Source: Catajapyx aquilonaris
Lineage: Eukaryota
Direction: 5' to 3'
Assembly: GCA_000934665.2 (NCBI GenBank)
Contig: KZ538091.1
Coordinates: 1-63,998 of the forward strand
Length of the DNA: 63,998 nucleotides
The position numbers and the translations under genes are program-made. The stretch's first letter is position 1, and the number at the start of each line of letters is the position of its first letter. Below, in pieces: positions 55,399 through 63,998 of this stretch. The notes beneath the pieces are model-generated. The model was not told the origin of the DNA and did no database searches. It saw only the letters and a program-made list of their open reading frames with translations.

Positions 55399-56247
55399 AT
55401 TAGTATAAGTCACTTTAGTTTCTTGATTCTGGATTCCCTGCTGATGGGACTCAAAATGTAATATTGCTTACAGGGTTATGCATGTGCATTTTCCTATTCC
55501 GTTCCTGCCTGCTTGTCATAATTAATAACAGGTATTATTAGTCATGGAACAAAAATCTAATTACCTGCCTTTCTCATAACGTCCCTAATTTTTCAGGAGA
55601 TGGTGAAAAGGTTGTGACTGATTACCATGTCTGGTATTGTTAATCATGTTTTTGTTGATGAATTATTTTATTTGTGTGATTAATGTTGTGATTTAGTTGA
55701 TTAAACTTTTACAGATGCTATTACAGTATACAATATAAACACACCAGTCATGGTTGATTTATTGACTTAAAACATCACCCTGGTCCCTGGTTACTGTTCA
55801 CATATAAATTAGGTACAGGGTTGTCCTTCAATATTATGACCACACGTTGTGATCAGAAATTACATAAATTCCAACCACCTTCCAGGATGAAACCTGATTA
55901 TACTCTGTAAGTGAGTAATTGATGAACATTAACACATGTTATATAACTTTCATTACGGTAGCCTACTTTCCCAATATAATCATATTGTAGTATGACTGAC
56001 CACTTACTGGCAAGTTCCTATTACAGTATTTCAATTCCCATTATAAAATGCTGGAAGTATAATTCTTCCTTCATACTTTTAAAGATATAACTGAAAGATA
56101 TTTATTTACTTATTATTTTTACTTAATTAATGTGACAAGTATTTTTAGCCACGTTATGAGCCTGTCGAGTGATGGATGGCCCTCATTTCTTTTCAGTAAG
56201 TACAAGTTGGTACAAGTACATGTGGGAGAGAAGGTAAGTATCGAAGT

Positions 56248-56322
56248 AGCGTACTGGTCTAGTGGCTAAGCTTTCGGATTCGTAATCTGAAGGTCCAAGG
56301 ATCGAATCCTGAAGTGGGCGTC
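56248..56322 (+). pseudogene. tRNA-like sequence 1 in left arm (anticodon loop TTCGTAA, CGT/Thr-like)
   Basis: A-box TGGTCTAGTGG, anticodon stem tcgga/tctga, B-box-like GGATCGAATCC, followed by T6; acceptor stem poorly paired. Confidence 0.65.
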
Positions 56323-56449
56323 GATTTTTTCTCTCTCTCTGTCACACCGTGACGTTCTCGCTGTTACTTCTTCATCTTACATTTATTTATCTTTGAACTG
56401 CATCTGGTAAATAGGCTAGACCCTTCCAACACCCACAATATCGTTACAG

Positions 56450-56519
56450 CAGAGCGTGGCACTATGGTAACGCATCCGACTCTCAGTCGGGAGATGTGGG
56501 TTCAAATCCCGAATCTCCA
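56450..56519 (+). pseudogene. tRNA-like sequence 2 in left arm (loop CTCTCAG, CTC/Glu-like)
   Basis: A-box TGGCACTATGG, stem tccga/tcggg, B-box GGTTCAAATCC; acceptor stem degenerate. Confidence 0.65.
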
Positions 56520-58099
56520 CGGTTGATGAGTCAGAAAAAAAATATTTGCAGCCGACATCTCTGGCCAAGATGGCGACTGTTTCTTCGCAGTTTCCCAAAC
56601 ACTTCTTCAGAGGTGTCAGAGGAGCAGCGAAGAGGGGGGGGGAGGGGTGGAGAGGGGGAGGAAAGGGGGGGAGGGGAGAATTTTTTTTTTGGAAATTTTT
56701 AAAACACCTGCTTAATGGGAGGGGGCGGTCACTTTTTCCGAAGAAAAAAGTCTTAAATTTAATCATTCAAAGATTTGAAGAATTCAGGTTTGTGTGGGCC
56801 ATCCCCAGCCCCCACCCTACCGCTGCCCAAGTGGGTGCATTTAACTTATACCTGGGAGTTCCATTCTCAAACCTATCATCCCCCCAAATATTTAAGCCTA
56901 CAATTTAAACTATAGGTCCAATGAAATCACCAGCACATGCAAATTAATCGGCACATTTTTTAGGTCATTTTCAATAGTTTGTTGCAGCCTGACCTTTGAC
57001 CTGAAAGGCCCTAATATTAGGTTTTTGGTCTTGGGCCAGGCCCTACCTCGGTCTCCATCTGTCGGGTCTTTCGTAATGAGACTGTACAGAGCACAGTATA
57101 CAGTACAGTATATCTCTCTGTGTGAGGTAGTAATGCCCCTATCCAAACGTACGTAGTTGGCAGGTATCAGTATGAATGTGACGTAGGCGAGTGGTCATCG
57201 TCACCTCCTTGGGGTCATCAGGACGGACATTCGGCATCACTGTTTCGTGGGATTGCTCTATGGATGAATAAAATAATAAATCCCGACCCGCTTCTGCTGT
57301 GGGTGGAGATGCGCACATCGTCGACGCGGTTTTACTTGGGCAAATTTTCGAGTAGGCTTGGTGACCAGACCTTCATGTCTCTTTGACCTTACATATTCCC
57401 CCCTTTCCACCCCCGCCCCGCTTCCCAGCAGAACAGGCGGACTGCTACATTTGGCTAGCAGGCTATGGGCATACTTGTTCACATCGAGAGATATATACTG
57501 TATATCTATGTACTGTGCTCTGTACAGTCTCATTACGAAAGACCCGACAGATGGAGACCGAGGTAGGACCTGGCCCAAGACCAAAAACCTAATATTAGGG
57601 CCTTTCAGGTCAAAGGTCAGGCTGCAACAAACCATTGAAAATGACCTAAAAAATGTGCCGATTAATTTGCATGTGCTGGTGATTTCATTGGACCTATAGT
57701 TTAAATTGTAGGCTTAAATATTTGGGGGGATGATAGGTTTGAGAATGGAACTCCCAGGTATAAGGTAAATGCACCCACTTGGGCAGCGGTAGGGCGGGGG
57801 CTGGGGATGGCCCACACAAACCTGAATTCTTCAATTCTTTGAATGATTAAATTTAAGACTTTTTTTCTTCGAAAAAAAGTGACCGCCCCCTCCCATTAAG
57901 CAGGTGTTTTAAAAATTTCCAAAAAAAATTTCTCCCCTCCCTCCTCTTCCTCCCCCTCTCCACCCCTCCCCCCCCTCTTCGCTGCTCCTCGCTGCTCCTC
58001 TGACACCTCTGAAGAAGTGTTTGGGAAACTGCGAAGAAACAGTCGCCATCTTGGCCAGAGATGTCGGCTGCAAATTATTTTTTTCTGACTCATCAACCA

Positions 58100-58169
58100 T
58101 GGAGATCCGGGATTTGAACTCACATCTCCCGATTGAGAGTCTGATGCGTTACCATAGTGCCACGCTCTG
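58100..58169 (-). pseudogene. tRNA-like sequence 2, right-arm copy
   Basis: Reverse complement reads cagagcgTGGCACTATGGtaacgcatcagactctcaatcgggagatgtGAGTTCAAATCCcggatctcca. Confidence 0.6.
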
Positions 58170-58293
58170 TGGTAACGAAATTATGGGTGTTGGAAGGGTC
58201 TAGCCTATTTACCAGATGCACTTCAAAGAGAAATAAATGTAAGATGAAGAAGTACCAGCGAGAACGTCACGGTGTGAGAGAGAGAAAAAAAGC

Positions 58294-58368
58294 GACGTCC
58301 ACTTCAGGATTCGATCCTTGGACCTTCAAATTACGAATCCGAAAGCTTAGCCACTAGACCAATGCGCT
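58294..58368 (-). pseudogene. tRNA-like sequence 1, right-arm copy
   Basis: Reverse complement reads agcgcatTGGTCTAGTGGctaagctttcggattcgtaatttgaaggtccaaGGATCGAATCCtgaagtggacgtc, followed by a T7 run. Confidence 0.6.
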
Positions 58369-58633
58369 ACTTCGATACTTACCTTCTCTCCCACATGTAC
58401 TTGTACCAACTTGTACTTACTGAAAAGAAATGGGGGCCATCCATCACTCGACAGGCTCATAACTTGGCTAAAAATACTTGTCACATTAATTCAGTAAAAT
58501 ATTATGAACTCAAATAATATAGTTAAGTTATCTTTACTTTGTTTCATTGAGTTTATATGTTATAAATTTTTATTTATTGATGTTATATCTTTCATAATAT
58601 ATCCGTATACTGATAACCACTACAGCACTCATG

Positions 58634-58744
<111 letters not shown>

Positions 58745-61700
58745 GCACTCATTGTTAGGGTGTGACTACAACGTTGCCATTTGTGGTATCATCGATCAGT
58801 AATGTCGATGCTATAGTGTGTCCATATTTCAAACTCTTACTACGCCCTTCAACTGTTGTGCAGCTTCAAACTTCGATGCTCCTTCAGACATCTCTCTCCA
58901 ATCTATACTGAGATGAAAGAGGTGACGACAACATCTTAGGTTCAGTGAAGCCTCCCTCGTCAACAATCCCTTTAATCATCTTCTCTCCTCCACAAACCTT
59001 TGACTCCACGCACTTATCTTCAGGCACTTCCTGATCTCTCTCGCAGTCTTCCATCAACATCAGACGTGTGAAGAGAATCATGTGGAATTTTTCATTTGTG
59101 ATTTTTTATGACTTTTTTCCCCCTTCAAATCCTGATCTGCTGAAGAATTACTTACCTTACCGCCAGATGATGTGATGTTACATCAAATTCCGCCACAGAC
59201 ACACGCTGCCCTCTGCAAGATCCAACTTCAACTACATGTGTGTGGTGGAACAGGAAGTTAAAAAAGCGTGGTCGATACAACAAGGGCAATGGGTGTATAC
59301 TTTATTTGTAGCTCTCTGGAAAATTACTCCAACTTCGCGTGACTTTGCTTTTTTTATCATATCTCATGGCCGGAAGTCTAACAAATTCTAACAAATTCAC
59401 GCAAGAGTCCATTTACCTTCCCTCTATAACCCCCCTCCCACCAAACTCCTGAAACTTTGTCATCATTATGAGTTAGTACAGAGCCTAAATGGCCGGCAGT
59501 CATCTCTTAAACCGTCGCAGCACTAATTATGCCTCGTTTTGGTGGGGGCCAACTTGAGAAATATGATCAGACTTACCACGCTAATTACTTGCGCATATTG
59601 GGCTCGAGTCTGTGCCTCTGTTTGTCCATGGTTGCGCTATCTTAGTGAGGGTTATGGTACTACCTGTACGTGAAGTGTGTTGCCATGTTTAGGCAATTAT
59701 GCATAATACCATGTTGAGCTAGTGATGAAAATGAGAGTTTTTGGGTGCATGTCTTGGATAGAGCGGCATAAATGGAGATGAAATAAATACGAAACTGGCT
59801 TCAATCCTCGTGGTTTTTTTTTTCACCGTCCCTTCCACCTCTTCCCCCCCCCCCCCCCTNAGGACCCATACAAAGGACGCAGATTATTTCCTTTTACCAA
59901 GCACACACTTTTTTTTTGTAACAGACGTTGAGGGGAAAGAAAATGTTGAAGTGGACAATTACAAATTGTAATGTTGGGTATGACGGGCATTGCTGACAGC
60001 GACTAAGTGCGAAACGTACCTTTGGGGTGGGTGAAATGGTGGGGATTTTTTTTCTTTCTTCCACACTTTGAAGTTGAGCTCCTATATCTTCACCTGGATA
60101 AATTGAGCTGTCTTCATCCAATGAAATACGGACATAAAGACGAAAAAAAAAGCCGCCCACTTTTTCTTTTTGAAAATAATACAGAGCGTGCTACAGTGTG
60201 TGGCGCGTTAATTACCAATATTAATTACAAAGTAGTTGGGAACAGTCCAGCCAAATACAGCTTAGCGGGCTCTTCACGCGAGGTCGAAAAAGGGGGTGTC
60301 CTAAATGGGCCATATTATCCTGGAAGTTAGTCAGTCCCTGTGTGCAGATGAGGCATGAGTGTAGCCCTGGAGAGTCAGGATAAACTCCGGATTTTAGTTC
60401 CTGGTGGAAACTACGAGCCCTCTCGTATGGTTATATGGATCTAGAAGGGCCCTCGTTGGAGGGGGATTGGATCAAGAGGTTGTTATGTGCATAAAAATAA
60501 TGTTTTTAATGCTGGAACACTACAAGGGAGGTAAACATGTCGATAACATCAGTCTAATCAGTCATTGCTCTCGATAATGTAACTGCTGACAGCTAGTTAA
60601 CGGCAATTAATTTGGCTGGTTTAGTGTGCGAAGTGTTCATCATTTTTCCCTTCTCAAAAAATGGCATGCAAAACGCATAATTTCCGGTTGCGTGTCGCAT
60701 GACCTCGGCACATTTTTTATAAAAAACTTCTTACTCTGCCGTTTTAATATGATGACCATATATCTGCCTCCTTTTCATGCCAACACAAAATTACATCGGT
60801 GTCCAATATTACCCCCCCGCATGTTGTCCATTCCGCTCGCAAATGATGTATGTCGGACTCTCTCCAAAGCCCATATCTTCTCGTAACTGTTCATTTCGAT
60901 AAAACATAATTTATGTTAAACAATGCTCGTATTTAAAATCCGGGCTCCCATTCAAAAAGACAAATATGCGGTCCCTTTTGATTCATGACATGATTTTATA
61001 AAACATGTGTTTTATAACGTGGCAACTGATCGTGATGCCACGTCATGACAGTATGTTTTGCAATATAGTGCTTGTTTTTTTTTTAACCAACATGCACTGT
61101 GGGATTATTTGAATTTTTTGTTGAAAAGTCAGCCGCTGCCGGATTTTGGCATTCTGTTGTCTACCTTTATTGAGTAAAACGTCACGTATAACGTAGGATT
61201 ATAGGATTAGTACCTTCCCGCATCATCCTTACATTACAGGAAGAAAAAAAATAACGAAACGCTGTTATTTTTTTGACGCAGTGCAGTTTATTTGAAAGAG
61301 TAGAAACTCACAAAGAGTTCCTATATATTGACGTGACAGATATTTTTTTCTATTGATTTGAACTGATATGGTACCAACATATATAGTATCATTATTATTA
61401 TTATTATTATTACTTTTTCCCTCCACACGCGTTTCCAATCAAGGCACATTTACACATTTTCTCCATTCCTCAAGCATATTTTTTTTTCTCTTCTCCCGAC
61501 GACAAATAATATGACAGCAGATAAATATGGTACGACCCACCTTTTTGTACGTTTCGTCAGACCCAGGTCTATAATGTGCGGCGAGCCTATTAATTTTTTT
61601 AAAAAACAAATAACAAACCGGTCTTTATTGGACCATATAGTCACGCTATTATAATAAACTGATGCTAAAATGATTTTTTTTTCAAGTTACTGGTACATAT

Positions 61701-62330
61701 CTCACAGCAGAATAAAACCAGAATAGCTGTCACTGCATGGTAGGGCTATACTGAAATAAGATTATTATAATAAACCCCCCCTGTACTTATCATAATATTG
61801 CTCCGATTATGCATAGGACTGGAAGCAAAAAATGAACCTGCATAAGTCCCAACTACTGCAAGTTACACTGTTCTTATACGTCAAAAGGGGGGTATATTAA
61901 AATACACGGAAAACACAGCCTAAATGTTATTTTAGTATAAATGTGCGTAGTTTCGATGCCCAGTCCTTTTATGCACGTTTGACATGTAAAACTGATAATG
62001 CTTCCAGTCCTGCCTTTACATCCTGCATATTTTTGCAGGCTATGTGTTGCATAAAAATGGGTCAGGATAGCTGCAAAAAAAAGCTGCTTGCAAAAAAAAT
62101 GAACAAATGCAAATTGCCAATTTGTGGAAATGCGCATGGTTTTGACAATGGCATGGTTTTTTTTTTAAATCGTCCCCCTCCCCCTAGTTGATATCTTTTT
62201 CGGTATAAAGTTTGACAAACTAGACAATGAATCTTCCGACTTGGGCAGTCAACAGTCTCACAAAACAACGAGGAAAAAAAAAAACAACTTTGCTAAGTGC
62301 AGAGATCACTCGTCACTCACACACAGGTCA

Positions 62331-62404
62331 CTAATGGAAGCCAGATTTGCCTTTACCGTTGTGGAACACCCTCAGAGGAGTGTAGGTCCCGTTGACCAAT
62401 GGAG
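62331..62404 (-). CDS. MFSD6-like transporter, last coding exon
   Basis: tttatag acceptor; (T)PLVNGTYTPLRVFHNGKGKSGFH*; the NGxYxPLR tail is recalled from insect members of this subfamily; phase consistent. Confidence 0.82.
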
Positions 62405-62681
62405 CTATAAATTAATAGGAAAAAAATATTAGATAAGTCACAGTTAATTACACTAGTGTGCAAGACCCGTGCGATACATGCATAACACATGCTACACATA
62501 AAAATAGCAACTCACTTGCCTTTTCAACAAGCGTGCAGGCCACCAACACGCTTTTACCCTCTCTTCATATCTGAAGTTAAAACCCAAAATTCGTAACCAA
62601 AATTGGGCCTACTTGTAACCCCCCAAAAATAAGAGCCCTCCACCTCTATTATTTCTTGGACAGGAAAAAAAAGACACTCAC

Positions 62682-62861
62682 TTTCTCCATATGTCTCCAA
62701 GTGTCTGGTGCGTCTGCAGCCTTGCAGTCTGATGCAGGTGTAGTACAGAAAGAGATAGACGGTGGCCAGTATGGCTGACACAGCTGCGGCCATTTTGTAC
62801 ACCTGCATCTGACCGAATAGTGGGATGGTCGTCATTGCCGTCGCTGCGCCTATTCCTCGTC
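62682..62861 (-). CDS. MFSD6-like transporter, penultimate coding exon
   Basis: ttacag acceptor, gtgagt donor; GRGIGAATAMTTIPLFGQMQVYKMAAAVSAILATVYLFLYYTCIRLQGCRRTRHLETYGE. Confidence 0.9.
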
Positions 62862-63008
62862 CTGTAATATGAGAAAACATGTCGACATCCGGATTTTTGT
62901 ATACGAAAAACGGATGATCTTTCCTACGCGGCGAAGTGGCGCGTCCACCCCCGACTCCTACCACTTCGTCGCGTAGGAAAGATCAGCCTCAAATATGTTG
63001 TACTGTAC

Positions 63009-63176
63009 CTAGAGAGAAGTGGCAGATGGTGGCCAGGGACTGACCAGTGGCCAGCAATGCCCTGGGGGTTAGATGGTACATGTAGAGAGATGCTGTGGCC
63101 CACATGAGCGTGAGGGTGAACACTTCCATCACCTCCATGATTAGACACAACCAAGGGTTCTCCAGGTACGCGTACC
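63009..63176 (-). CDS. MFSD6-like transporter, internal exon
   Basis: ctgcag acceptor, gtacag donor; GYAYLENPWLCLIMEVMEVFTLTLMWATASLYMYHLTPRALLATGQSLATICHFSL; 168 nt, phase 1-1. Confidence 0.9.
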
Positions 63177-63241
63177 CTGCAGAACAAAATTTTTTTGAAA
63201 TAAATTCATTGTGAGTTTCAAACAGATTCTTAAATGCATAC

Positions 63242-63408
63242 CGCTGAATCTGAGAATGTAGAATATAAAGGCAATGATGAGAAGATTAGCATATCCACAG
63301 TAGTCGACCACTCGTTCTACTCTCCACATGAACAGAAGCGCAGGTAACATTCCGACGCTCAGGGTCAGCCCAAGAAGAAGTTTGGACGCCTTCAGGTGCA
63401 AAAGATGC
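63242..63408 (-). CDS. MFSD6-like major facilitator superfamily transporter (insect 'Sugar baby'-type), internal exon; earlier exons lie beyond the window
   Basis: ttttttccag acceptor, gtatgc donor; HLLHLKASKLLLGLTLSVGMLPALLFMWRVERVVDYCGYANLLIIAFIFYILRFS. Confidence 0.88.
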
Positions 63409-63998
63409 CTGGAAAAAAAGGGAGACAGACCAGCATGGATTACAATGTCTCATATAGCAAGAGCAGGTGTTGTCCAAGGGCGCACCTGGACATTCTTATC
63501 CCCCTCTCACCTGCCCAACAACATCTGTCCAAACATGCCAGGATTTTCTCTCAAGGCCGAAAACCTTACTGGATTTTTTTTTTTTCGGGGGGGAGGTCCA
63601 CTAGATTCTCCCTTCCATGTAACTGCTCCGAAAAAAAGCAAGTTTCGGACATTTCCTCGGAAGTTATTACTGACCGAGCGCTCTCAGGGGATCATCCTCG
63701 TAATAGAGAGCCTGCTGTCGACGCAGCCCAAGGGGAAAAGAATCGCAATTCTACACATCAGTCTGATGTATTTACTTTCTTCACAACCTCTGCAATCTGC
63801 GGTTGCTGCAGGTTAACAATGTTGCCAAAAAATTGAAGTACGTACCGACGCAACTACATATCATAACTGTTTATCATCAGAGCATGAAAACGCGATTATA
63901 CAGGCCAAGTATCGCCTTGGAGCAGCCTCCTTCATTATGATATCACGAACCCGGTATTAATATATCGCCTTATAACTCTGTGAGCTTAGCCTCCCCCC

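Larger units (their letters stand above)
56117..58499. mobile_element. Non-coding foldback / long-inverted-repeat element: arms ~56117-57118 and ~57486-58499, ~370-bp unique spacer
   Basis: The arms are reverse complements along their length (7 substitutions counted in the first ~200 bp, plus small indels elsewhere). Mirrored ORFs appear in the track (56910..57146- vs 57358..57699+). Possible termini TGTGAC (56131)...GTCACA (58485) are flanked by TTAA. No transposase ORF. Confidence 0.85.

Noticed and set aside
56248..56519. Functional tRNA-Thr and tRNA-Glu genes
   Set aside because: Acceptor stems do not pair and the copies differ in stem positions; treated as tRNA-like pseudogenes
57123..57132. 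TGAGGTAGTA (let-7 5' end); likewise TTGGTCCCCT (miR-133) at 40-49
   Set aside because: Only 10-nt matches, the remainder diverges and there is no precursor hairpin
57200..57255. Hammerhead core words GAAAC and CTGATGA on the minus strand of the foldback spacer
   Set aside because: Stems I and II cannot be formed in the required topology by eye; an Infernal search would be needed to revive it
58884..59212. Minus-strand charged ORF and nearby exon-like segment as a continuation of the MFS gene
   Set aside because: The MFS gene already terminates at 62331; no consistent splice chain or recognisable domain

Overview
Eukaryotic (arthropod-type) genomic DNA with spliced genes that the ORF track mostly misses. 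Four genes can be assembled from GT-AG splice sites with consistent phases. (1) The last two coding exons of an agatoxin-like neuropeptide (ALP) precursor, + strand, 3531-15206, with two tandem splice acceptors. (2) A complete 5-exon, 337-aa claudin/PMP22-superfamily tetraspan protein with a long tail ending in a PDZ-type motif, +, 30324-49765. (3) A 3-exon, 539-aa iduronate-2-sulfatase, +, 52036-55398. (4) The last four exons of an MFSD6-like MFS transporter, - strand, 63408-62331. The most unusual structure lies between the convergent IDS and MFS genes: a ~2.4-kb non-coding foldback element made of two ~1-kb inverted arms, each carrying two inward-facing tRNA-like Pol III (A/B-box) units. 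Introns and intergenic DNA also hold Tc1/pogo-type MITEs, a dispersed repeat carrying a CCAAT/NRF1-like/CTCF-like motif cassette, hairpins, mini- and microsatellites, and three assembly gaps.
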